From positions 1 through 64,000 of IMG/VR virus record IMGVR_UViG_3300037245_001837: a stretch of 64,000 nt of DNA; one strand, given 5' to 3'. Position 1 is the first letter of the stretch, and every line of letters begins with the position of its first letter. Positions 36,501-46,400 of this stretch are shown one piece after another. The position numbers were made by a program, and so were the translations under genes. The notes beneath the pieces were generated by a model. That model did not search any database, was not told where the DNA came from, and saw only the letters and a program-made list of their open reading frames with translations. The DNA comes from a virus.

Positions 36501-37747
36501 CAAAAGAAGAATATAAGCAAGTAACAAGAATTGCTGATGTTTCTTGGAGTGATGTGTATAATGATGACTCAAATTTCAATGGTTTAAGCTCATTCAATTT
36601 ATCATTAATAAACTTTATTTCTTTAGATAAGGAAAATTCAAGTATCCAGAAACTTTACAATTCAAATAGCAATCTTATGATATTTCAAGAGGATGCTGTT
36701 GGAATTATGCCGTATAATAAAAATATCATATACGATACTCAAGGAGGTAGAGTTGTTGGAGTTTCTCAAAATATATTAAGTAAGGAAAGTTACAGAGCTT
36801 ATGCAGAAGGATTACATGGTATTTCAAAGAATCCTGAAAGTTTTGTTGCTGTTGGAGCTAGAAAATATTTTACCGATAGGGTTAGGGGTAATATTTTAAG
36901 ATTGGCAAATAATGGAATTACAGAAATAAATGAAAATTTATTAGAACATTATACTTCTGATCAAATGAAAGAAAATAAAGGACTTTCAATGATTGCATCA
37001 TTTGACCCAAAACATAAAGAGTATTTATTACACCTTCCAAATGAAGGTAAGTTACTGTGTTTTACGGAAAAAACTAAAGGTTTTCCTGAATTTTACACGT
37101 TTGAACCAGACTTCATGTTGAATGCTGACAATGAAATTTACGCTTGGAAAAATGGTAAAATGTATATCTTAAATGCTTCTGAAACTAGAAATAATTTCTT
37201 TGGTGTTCAGTATCAAAGTAAATTGAAATTCTTTGTAAATCAAGAGTTTGGAGTTGAAAAAGTATTTAATACAATGGGATTACAAAGCACTCACGCTTGG
37301 TTAGCTAACTTACTTACAAATCTAACTTCTAGGCAAATTCCTAAATCATCGTTTTCTAAAATTGAAGATCATTGGTATTCTGAAATAATGGGTAACACCA
37401 ATTCAAAAACAGTATCTAGTAGTAAATTTGGATTAGGAACATACGTTATTACAAATGGAGAAATAACAACAAGTTTAAGAAATTCTGTAATGTCTATTGG
37501 GGATTATGTAACAAGCAAAACATTACTATTTGCTCCAAATAAAATAGTTGATATTTTATCCGATAAAATAGTTCTTGAAACAAACATAACAACAATTTCT
37601 TCATTTTTAATGTATAGCAAAAATGCTAATATCGATGGAGAATCAATCAGGGGTGATTATATGGAAGTTGAATTAATAAACGATGACACAAATAAAGTAT
37701 CAATAAAAGCTGTTACAACAGATGTCTCAAAGAGTTATTACAGCTAA
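33515..37747 (+). CDS. Tail muzzle/stabilization protein (P22 gp10-like, crAss-type)
   Basis: MNKD..YRHAEN, FSYRYRYLDGEYS, HGISKNPESF, YFTD, IRGDYMEV; 1410 aa. Confidence 0.8.
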   Translation: MPKLINTFIEGMMNKDTSKSLVNNSQYRHAENLRFHVNNGDDGTGVNIKGTVLKSDVTEGNTDLKCIGAYFNTDKDVIYYKLASTNGQISIDAEYNIGTDTTTIVLKDTNGVLKYDKTGYVTGWDEIDGLQIWSEWGNNIRRINTERAKTYGVNGFTEEDIALIVKPPLQKLKLTLEDTTTPALEENNIEEKFISFSYRYRYLDGEYSVLAPFTEFAFLPNKFKYNYGEQSNESMVNKFNQVLIEFNTGNERVTEIQLIFKESESNSEWIIDDFNKELLGYGNDEARTFKFNNNKTFRALSDLIIREYFSNVPLTAKAQCIIDGRLLVGHYKENYDIKDDLLAKIELDYSLLLVAIDNTEVIDIGGVPTTVPTLNPLETCKSNRDYEVVMVYLDGFGRATTSLQSKTNTLYINNSNNITGNSIDVILKHKPPFWAKHYRFFIKQTKKNYDQLLPVVFYEDGVYRWVKLEGADKDKIKEGDYLIVKADSQGILNTLVKTKVLEITQQEKNFLQPDDVTDKIEERSGLYFKIRPDGYRIDLDDFDSYLLETYDNTSKAYNNPVRDLTQYISQPHFYGDTLDDLVSSGSYAGASGTRTRYLIQIDNIQLAAKGTVTLNSGASGSVDSITVNGVEILSGSVPFNTDLPNTALDVAANILANTSSPNYTAIAVGNIITITAVTLGTSSNGFAVVSSATTITTTDANMSDGSENTFKWSDDEGATYVAENIPITGVAQLLDNNGVSITFGALTGHSLSDEWNINARAIFSVDGNSKAYGFFRTENNHSENLEDFEAEEINIGARILLEYDEYSEGDDYFLIDETSNDKYDNIQEWFFKEDIIAKIETQGNITITNVFFVRGVLLYDDTATQITQRDADGTMTLLIKSYATQNNDFDKRVKVRAKSEILQSDSNNIILLETEPTEQPYETFYEIGKTYDITGGYHISDTDIPTDVNQSLGVDLRVKLDWFNAYSYGNAVESYKIKDEFNRKGLDVGIRVSAASKEEYKQVTRIADVSWSDVYNDDSNFNGLSSFNLSLINFISLDKENSSIQKLYNSNSNLMIFQEDAVGIMPYNKNIIYDTQGGRVVGVSQNILSKESYRAYAEGLHGISKNPESFVAVGARKYFTDRVRGNILRLANNGITEINENLLEHYTSDQMKENKGLSMIASFDPKHKEYLLHLPNEGKLLCFTEKTKGFPEFYTFEPDFMLNADNEIYAWKNGKMYILNASETRNNFFGVQYQSKLKFFVNQEFGVEKVFNTMGLQSTHAWLANLLTNLTSRQIPKSSFSKIEDHWYSEIMGNTNSKTVSSSKFGLGTYVITNGEITTSLRNSVMSIGDYVTSKTLLFAPNKIVDILSDKIVLETNITTISSFLMYSKNANIDGESIRGDYMEVELINDDTNKVSIKAVTTDVSKSYYS

Positions 37748-37778
37748 TCATTTTAAGTTAGTTTTAAAATTAGTACAG

Positions 37779-37811
37779 AAAACACCAATAATTGACGTTA
37801 TTGGTGTTTTT
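37779..37811. terminator. Bidirectional terminator between convergent genes
   Basis: AAAACACCAATAA-ttgacg-TTATTGGTGTTTT. Confidence 0.75.
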
Positions 37812-37827
37812 GTTTATATAAAAAAAA

Positions 37828-38223
37828 TTAACCTATTTGTTTTAGGTATTGTGTAACATTTACATCTCCTTCAGAATATCCAACTCCAAGTAGAGCGTCT
37901 TGTACTGGTTTTACTGGTGAAGTTGTGTATAATAAATAATAACTTTCTTTTAAAGCGTATTTCTCTATTTCATCTAGTAGAAATTGAAATGCTCCTTCTC
38001 TTTTTTCTTTTGGAACTTCTAAATTAGAAATTGGATAAGCTAAATACGCTAATGAACTATCTGTTTCGTAGAAAAACATACAATACAAATCTTCTACTTC
38101 ATTGCTAACTACAAAAACTTTTTGTGGCAAAAATGAAATATGTACATTAGGAAAATTGTGTAAATCCCAAAAACGTTTCGCTGTTTTGTAATAATCTTCT
38201 GTTTTCTCAATTCTAACTTTCAT
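37828..38223 (-). CDS. GNAT-fold acetyltransferase-like protein
   Basis: SN..KREGAFQFLLDEIEKYA..LYTT..LLGVGY; lies between muzzle and ejection genes. Confidence 0.55.
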   Translation of the reverse strand: MKVRIEKTEDYYKTAKRFWDLHNFPNVHISFLPQKVFVVSNEVEDLYCMFFYETDSSLAYLAYPISNLEVPKEKREGAFQFLLDEIEKYALKESYYLLYTTSPVKPVQDALLGVGYSEGDVNVTQYLKQIG

Positions 38224-38246
38224 AATTAAATGTGTTTTTATTTATA

Positions 38247-38254
38247 CAAAAATA
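38247..38254 (-). promoter_or_regulatory. Bacteroidota -7 box (minus strand)
   Basis: CAAAAATA reads TATTTTTG on the minus strand, upstream of 38223. Confidence 0.5.
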
Positions 38255-38294
38255 ATGAATTACTTTTAGTTAGTGTATTTTATATTTAAAATTT

Positions 38295-38302
38295 TATATT
38301 TG
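38295..38302 (+). promoter_or_regulatory. Bacteroidota -7 promoter box
   Basis: TATATTTG upstream of ATG 38329. Confidence 0.65.
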
Positions 38303-38328
38303 TATCTATAACTTTAAATATAATCATA

Positions 38329-38838
38329 ATGGCAGTTGGAACAGGTATAGCGAGTCTAGGATTAGCTATTGGACAAACAGTAGCAGGAGGGATACGTGCT
38401 AAAAAAGATAGAAAAGCAATTCACGACTTCAGGAGACAAGACCTTATTAACCCATTAGAGAACATTCAGATAAGCACTTTAAGGTCAGATAAACAAACTG
38501 ATGCTAATTTATCTAATTTTGCAACATCTGTTGATGCACTTCAAAGAGGTGGAACTAGAGCTATCTCAACTGGACTACCAAGAATTAATGAAGGGAATAT
38601 ATTAGTTCAAAATCAAATTTTACAAGATTTAGAAGATCAGGATCAGCAAAGAAACATACTTATAGCTCAAGGAGAGGAAAGAATCAGAGCTATCCGAGAA
38701 GGTAGAGAAATAAACGCTTTACAAGGATTAGGTCAATCTCTTCAAACAAACCGTCAAGATACATTTAGTGGCACTCAAAACATAATATCAAGTAGTTTAG
38801 CCTTAACTGCTGCATTAGAAGCGGCTAAGGATGAATAA
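38329..38838 (+). CDS. Small internal virion/ejection protein
   Basis: Gly/Ala-rich hydrophobic N-terminus, Gln-rich helices; position. Confidence 0.6.
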   Translation: MAVGTGIASLGLAIGQTVAGGIRAKKDRKAIHDFRRQDLINPLENIQISTLRSDKQTDANLSNFATSVDALQRGGTRAISTGLPRINEGNILVQNQILQDLEDQDQQRNILIAQGEERIRAIREGREINALQGLGQSLQTNRQDTFSGTQNIISSSLALTAALEAAKDE

Positions 38839-38855
38839 TAAAAATTAAAAAAATT

Positions 38856-40415
38856 ATGGCTCAACAAGGTACAACCGCAGCAGCATTTACCAGACTAAGA
38901 CCACTCGAAGGAACCAATACAGGTGCAATCGTTGAGGAACATATTAGATTTTGGGAAAAGAACAAAGGTGATAAAGAAGCAGCAAAACTAGCTAGAGAAG
39001 CAAAAGCAAACGAGTTCAAAAGAAAAGTTGCCAAACAAACCTTTGATACTTATAAAGGTTTAGAAGGTCAAGAAGCAGCAGGTTATTTCACAGAGCAAAT
39101 TGTAAATTATAAAAATGAAAATGCTGAAAAATGGGTTGACTTAGCAAAAAAAATTAATACAGGTGATGAGAATGCAATTATATTATATGCTAAAGAAAAG
39201 GAGAAGTTGAGAAATCTTATAAATGCGAGTAAAGTTGTTGCTGCAAAATCAGCAGAATTAGTAAAGCAAAAAGCAGATGGAACTTTTAACGAGCATTTAG
39301 ATTCAGATTTACTAGATTTTAATGAACAACTTGCTAGAAGTAATTATGCATTAGACCCTAAACTTGGTAAGTTTAGAATTTATGACAAAAACAATCCAAA
39401 TGTATTATTAGAAGTTGATCCACTAAAATTAACAAACGAATATCTTAGTGCTAATTTCAATCAACCAGTTGATTTTACATCCACAGGATCAAGATTAGCA
39501 AAAGGGTTGCTAGATTCTATTGATGGTAATAAACAAATTACTCAAGAAACTAATGTTCGTGGAGTTCAATTAGCTTTAAATGAATTTTCACAAGACCCTG
39601 TTATAGCTAAAAGTTGGTACAGAGATCAACAAAAGAAAGGATTGAATTCAAATACAAAAACATTTGAAGAATTAGATGATGGTGAATTTAATAATTTAGC
39701 AGCTTCATTTTACCAACAATCAATTAAACCTAATATTTCTGAAACAACAAAAGATACAGAATTAGAAGATGCAGGAAAAAGACAAGCTTTAATAAATGCA
39801 AAGTTAGAAGCACAACGAAAACGACAATTACTTAAAAAAGGAGCAAAAGAAGCTACCGAAGGAGAAACAACTATTGAGATTACTACAACAGAAGAGGGAA
39901 ATACTATAAGTAGAGAAATAACCGCTAGTGGGCAACCTGTTTCTACCGAAATATTAGGAGAAACTATGTTTACTATAAAAGGAGGTTTCTCAGTTGATGA
40001 AGTAGAGGGTGATAAAGACACGAGAACAACTTATACTAACTTTGCTAGGGGTAAAGATGGAATTGTAGCAATTGGTACAAAAACAACAAAAACACCTGTT
40101 TTAGATGAAGATGGCAAGCAAGTTATCGATGATGATGGAGTTGTTCAACTTAGAGAAGAAACAATTAGTATTGTTGAAAAAGATAAAACTAAATTAGGAA
40201 ATATCGCAACAAGAATAACTAATAAAGAAGGTGAAACATTTAAAAATCTAACTGAATTAAATGCAGAGTTAATAAATTTAGAAGGAGAGCTAACAAAAAC
40301 TACAACGGTATCTGCAAAAACATTTACTGAAGGGCAAGAAAAATCGATACAGGATAATATGGATGCTAATCCAGACTATTCAAGAGAAGAAATAATCAAA
40401 GCATTAGGTTTTTAA
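38856..40415 (+). CDS. Internal virion/ejection protein
   Basis: Helical 519-aa protein between the small and giant ejection genes. Confidence 0.55.
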   Translation: MAQQGTTAAAFTRLRPLEGTNTGAIVEEHIRFWEKNKGDKEAAKLAREAKANEFKRKVAKQTFDTYKGLEGQEAAGYFTEQIVNYKNENAEKWVDLAKKINTGDENAIILYAKEKEKLRNLINASKVVAAKSAELVKQKADGTFNEHLDSDLLDFNEQLARSNYALDPKLGKFRIYDKNNPNVLLEVDPLKLTNEYLSANFNQPVDFTSTGSRLAKGLLDSIDGNKQITQETNVRGVQLALNEFSQDPVIAKSWYRDQQKKGLNSNTKTFEELDDGEFNNLAASFYQQSIKPNISETTKDTELEDAGKRQALINAKLEAQRKRQLLKKGAKEATEGETTIEITTTEEGNTISREITASGQPVSTEILGETMFTIKGGFSVDEVEGDKDTRTTYTNFARGKDGIVAIGTKTTKTPVLDEDGKQVIDDDGVVQLREETISIVEKDKTKLGNIATRITNKEGETFKNLTELNAELINLEGELTKTTTVSAKTFTEGQEKSIQDNMDANPDYSREEIIKALGF

Positions 40416-40418
40416 ATT

Positions 40419-43400
40419 ATGGGAAAGCAACAAAAAAGACCACCGTTAAAATTAGTTGGAGAAGAAAGACCTCCACTTAATTTGATAGGCGTAAAAAAAA
40501 AAGTTGGATTAGAACAGGAAGATACCACATTACCTTTGGAAGTATCTCAATCGGATACATCAATACCTCAATTGGTTGGGTCTTTGGAATCTCAAACATC
40601 GACTCCAGAAATACCTATTAAAGAACCTGAACCTGAATCTAAAGAAGATGGATTTGGTTCTGAATTATTTAGAAGCCTACAAAAAGGGTCAGCTAGATTA
40701 GGAAGAGATATTGCATCAATTCCAGAACTAGTATTTGATGTATTCGCTGCCCCACAAAATTTCATAGCTGAACAATTTGGAATAGAAAATTTAGCTACTA
40801 ATTCCGAAAGACTAAAAACTGATTTAAATATAAAAAACTCCATAAAAGATTATTACGCAGGTGATATAGAAAGATTAAACAAATTATCTGAAGAACTTGA
40901 CAGAAAATATATTGGTGGTATTACTGATAACTTTAAAGCAGGTAATATTGGTGATGGATTTAGAATACTTGGTAATAGTTTAGCTGAATCATTACCTTCT
41001 ACATTATCAATCGCATTTGGAGGTGCAGCTACAAAAGCACCTCAATTATTAGGAGCTGTTACAGCTACATTTGCAGCAGGTAAAAACGCAGAATTAAAAT
41101 CAAATCCAGATATAACAAATAATATAAGAGTTTTAAACGCACTTGGAACTGGATTAGCAGAAGGTGTTTTCTCAACAATTGGAACAGGTAGAATTGGTGT
41201 TGCTGCAAAAGAATTAATAGCGAAAGAAGGAGTTGAACAAGGTGCTAAGATTTTAAAGAAAAACTTAATTGATATTTATACAGAACTACTTAAAAAGTAT
41301 CCTATACCAACAGCAATGCTTGGTGAAGGTCTGGAAGAATCTACAACTCAAATTACTCAAAATGCCATTGATAAATATACAGGCGTAAGTCCTGATATTA
41401 ATTTAATGCAGGGTGTATCAGATGCTTTTATTTTAGGTGTTGGTTCTGGTGGAGCATTTGGTACTGCATTAGAAGGAATAAAAAAAATATCAAAAGAAAA
41501 AACAACAAAAGAAGATGTTGAAGTTGTTGAAAGTTCAATTGAAAAAAGAAATGTTTTAGAAGAGGAACTTAATCAGCAAATTAAAGAAGGTGAAATACCA
41601 AATCAATTAGCTTCTGAAACAATTGCTAATTTTGATGAGATCAGAAAGCAATTACAAGCAATTCCAAAAGATTATACTTCTGATGAAAAGGCAATTGCCA
41701 TTGATTTATTAAAAGAGAGAGCAATTATTGAAAGTGAAATGGAAGGACTTGACGAGAGCCTTTTAGGTATTAGAATATCGCAAATTGCAGAAATAAATGA
41801 AGAACTTAGAAATATTAAAAAACCACAAGTAGAATCTACTGTATTGGAACAAACAACTGAATTTGCAAATGAATTAGGTACTCCTGAAGATATTTCAGAT
41901 ACAGTTGCAGGAGCTACTAGCGTAAAAGTTGGTGATACAGAGATAATACTAAAGTCAGAAGGTGATAATATTGTTTTAGAGAGTATTCGTACCGATGAAG
42001 ATAAAAAAGGTCAAGGAAGCGCTAGAAATGCCTTAGATAAAATAACAGAAGTTGCAGATGCCCAAGTTAAAACTATCGAATTAAAAGTTGTTCCAGAAAC
42101 AGATTCCACAACGGAAGAAGGATTAATAAGTCTTTATGAGAGTGTTGGATTTGTAAAAGACGGAAATAAAATGGTTCGTGAACCAAAAACAGAAGATACA
42201 TTTTCTAATATTGATAAAGTTATAGATGAAACAACTACTGAAACTACCCAAGAAACAGAAGTCGATGAAGTTCTTTCTGAACAAAATAAAAAAGCTCAAG
42301 AGCAAAAAGAAACAACCGAAGTAACAAAAGTTGCTAAAGATGTTAGATCATTATACAATATACACAGAGATTTATTCGAGTTAGACAGAGTTAAATCTTT
42401 CGCAAGTGCAACAGTAACCGATAGGATTATTACCACTATGGCAAAAAGGCAAGGTATTAGTAAAGCAGAAATGTATGCTAAAATTGATTTTAAAAAAGGA
42501 GATTCCAATACAATTGACAAACTAAATAAAAAAGGAAAAGCTTTATTCCAAATAGTAGGTGAAAATGCTTTATTAAAGGAGCAGTATAAAAATAACCTGC
42601 AATTAGCGAAAGAACTAGATGGAGAAGGAAAAACATCTGAAGAAATTTGGTTCAGTACAGGTTGGGAAAAAGGTACTGATGGTAAATGGAAAACTGAAAT
42701 TGATGATTCTAAAATGGAATTAGATGGTGATCTTATAAATTTACGACAATATAACCTTAGTGAAGCTATAAAATATGATGCTTTATTTGAAGCATATCCT
42801 GAATTAAAAGATATTAAAATTTCTTTTTCGCACAGATTAGGGAATCTGTTAGGTGTTTATATGCATGACAGAAATCGAATTGTTATTAACAGTGAATTAA
42901 GCGTGAAAGAAACACGATCTACATTACTGCATGAAATACAACATGCCGTACAGAAGAAAGAGGGTTTCGCTGCGGGTGGATCAGCCGTTATAGCATCTAA
43001 CTACTTAAATCAAAAAATACGTGCTATATCACTATCTAAAAATTTACCAACAGGACTTATTAGAGTAGCTAAGAAACTAAATAAAAAAATGTTTGAAGGT
43101 GTTGATATAAACGCTACAAAACAAGAATTTACAAAAGAAGTAGAAAAAGCGAAAGGTCAATTAAGTAAAGAAGAATTTGAACTATATAGTAGTATCGCAG
43201 GTGAAGTAGAGGCAACAAACGTAGAGACACGTATGGATTTGACAGCCGAACAAAGAAGGACAACACCACTATCTCAAACAGAAGATATAGCAAGAGAAGA
43301 GCAGATAGTGTTATTCCAAAAATCACAAGGAGCGATGTTAGTAGAGGACGGTAAATTTATTATTTACGCACTAACAAATCCAAATGTATCTACACCTCTT

Positions 43401-46400
43401 CACGAGATGGCACATGTTTATGAACATTTTTTAACTAGTCAGGAACGTAGTGATATTTTAAAATTTACAGGCAAAAAACAATGGAACAGAGAAACTAGTG
43501 AAGAATTTTCAAAAGGTTTTGAGAAATATTTAGCAGATGGGAAAGCACCTACAAAATCACTACAAAAAATATTCGATAAGTTTAAAGAATGGCTTATTGA
43601 AATATATAATGGAGTAACAGATAGTGATATTGATGTTAAATTATCACCTAAAATGCAGAATATTTATACTGAAATGTTAAATGTAGAGACTAAAACACAA
43701 GATAAAAGAAAGACTACTACTGATGAAACAACATTAAAGCCAAATGTTTTTGAAACTGATAAAAATAATTATACAGTTACGGTTAAGGATGGTAAATTAG
43801 ATATTGTACCTGAATTTGGAAAGGCAAAACCTAGTAAATCTGAAATTAAAAAGGTTACAGAACAGTATTTAGATAAAAATGATTTCACTATTGGTAAAAC
43901 TGCCAACGTAGAGGATAAACCAAATATATCTCCAGAACAACTTAGAGAACTTGTAGCTGCGGAAAGTGAGAATGCACAAGAAATAGCAATAGAAGTTCTA
44001 AATTCAAAAGGTAGCGACAGTCAAATTAATATAAACGAAACAAAAGAAGGTTCTATTGCAGAAGCTTTAAAAGGAGTTCAGGTTAACAAAGAAAGTTTTG
44101 CTAATACTGATGATGTAAATAATATTTCTAGTGTAAACCAATATTATTTTAATTCAAGGAATAAATCTTTAAAAGGTAATGATGGTAATATTGATCGTAT
44201 TCGTGAAAGAGCGCAGCAAAATACGTCAGAAGAAGTTACATTAAAAGATGTTACTGATTTCATTAAAGAGAATTCAAGTCCTACACAATTCTTAAAGCAA
44301 AAAGTTTCAGCTCCTACAACAGATTTAGAAATAAGATTTGAAGAAGTTACAGGATTAAAACCTACTCCAGAGAATGTTAGTAAAGTTTCAGGAATTCAAG
44401 TTACAGGAACAGAAATAACAGAAGAAGGAGATGTTCCATTCCAAGTTGAAAGTACACAGGTAAAAATTAAAGGAACTGCACTAACTAATTTAGTTGACAG
44501 GCTTAAAAAAACAGGTCTTAGCAGCGATGTTATTATTTTATCAGACAATCAGTTTAAAAATAAATTAGAAAGTCTTGGAAGAGATGTAATTGAAACACCT
44601 CTTGGATTTATTAGCGATAATACAGTTTATTTAAATAGAGATACCGTAAAAAAAGATACTCCTATTCACGAATTTGGGCATTTATGGAATAATTACGCCA
44701 AAGAAAACTTCAATGATGTTTTCAATAAAGGTATTGATTTAATAAAAGATAGTGAATACTTTGAAAATATTTCAGATAATCCTAACTATGAGAATCTTAC
44801 TGAAAATGAAAAACTAGAAGAAGCATTATCACAAGCTATTGGCGAGAAAGGTGTTAAAATATTAAATGAAAGTGCCAGAGCAAAATTTAATGCATGGTTT
44901 AAAAATCTATTTACAAGAATTGCTAAAGGTCTTGGAATAACAACACTCAAAGGGAAACAACTTTCAGATATTACATTAGATAAGTTCACAGATTTAGTTA
45001 GTGCTGAATTATTAAGTGGAAAAAAAATAACTACTGAGGTAAAACAAAAATCAGAGCCTAAAACCAGAGTTAAAGAGGCTGATGTAACAAATATTGATTT
45101 AGTTGTAAAAGAACAGGAAGCCATTAAAAAAACAAAGGATACATTAACTCAAAAATTTAACGACAAAAAAGCAGAAGTTAAAGATATAAAGAAATCGTTA
45201 GTAAAATATATCAATTCAAATATCGATTCTAAAAGATTTAATGAGCAGAGAAAAGGAGAGTTAGGAAAATTATTGACACTCGTTAAAAATACTGAATCTA
45301 AAAAAGCATTGCAAAAAGCATTTAATAATGTAAATAAAATTGTTCAGGATATTGACAATAGAATTATCAAAAAAAGAATTGATAAAATCCTAGACAGTAA
45401 ACTTTCAAAAAAACAAAGTGGTAGAGTAAAAGCAAATATCACTACGGAACAGGCTGAAATCATATTGAAATCTGTAAAAGAAAATGTTGTTCTTCCAAAA
45501 ACAAATGACCAAAAACCTGCTCAAAGAGTAGAAGAAAAACTTTTTGAGTTATATGATAAAAGAGATGCTTTACATGCCAAAGAAGAACTTACTGAAGAAG
45601 ATTTTAAAGAGCTAGAAATATTAGATATTTCAATAAATTATTTAAATGGAGTTAATTCAGATGATGCAAATAACCGAAATATATTTTTAGGTAATGCTTT
45701 ACAGCAAATTGAGTCAATTTTTGAAGATGGAAGAAGTGATCTAAAGGAACAGATACAAGCTAGAAACGAAAAAGATCAGGCATTTACGGATGCTTGGATT
45801 GAGGATATCGACCCAGAAGGTACAGAATCAAGATTATCTGTAAAAGAGTTAGAAAATAAAGAAAAAATAGTTGGTAATTTAGCTACACGAATATTAAATA
45901 AAGGGTACTTCTTATTTTTTCAAGGACAGGCAACAGGTAGTTTTGGAAGTTTAACTTCATTAATTTCTAATAAAGGTGGTGAAACAAGAGAATCCAGTTT
46001 TGGAGTTCAAATTGACAGCAATCTAAAAAAAGATGAAACTGCTAAGAAAACCAGAATTAAAAAGTTCACTAAATTATTTGATGATACGGTTAAAGATGTT
46101 TTTGAAGATAGTTCTAAAGCAAACAGAATAATGAATAAAAGGGTCGATGTAGAACTTTTAAGAAATTATGAAAATGATGATCCAAATACACCTAAATACC
46201 CTGTTAAAGTTCCATTCACTTATTCTGAATTACTAAATGTATTGCAGATAGCTAAAAACGAATCTCAACTTGGAGGTTTAGAAGCTAATGGATTTACAAA
46301 AGAAGTAATCGATAAAATTGAAAAACAACTCCCATCTAAATTAAAAGAATTTGGAGATAAATTGTTCGATTTATATAATGAAGCGTACATTGATGCTAAT

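Noticed and set aside
43620-43634. DxDxD motif (DSDID) suggesting a crAss-type virion RNA polymerase
   Set aside because: Lies in the helical tail of a metallopeptidase module; no other double-psi beta-barrel RNAP motifs were recognised
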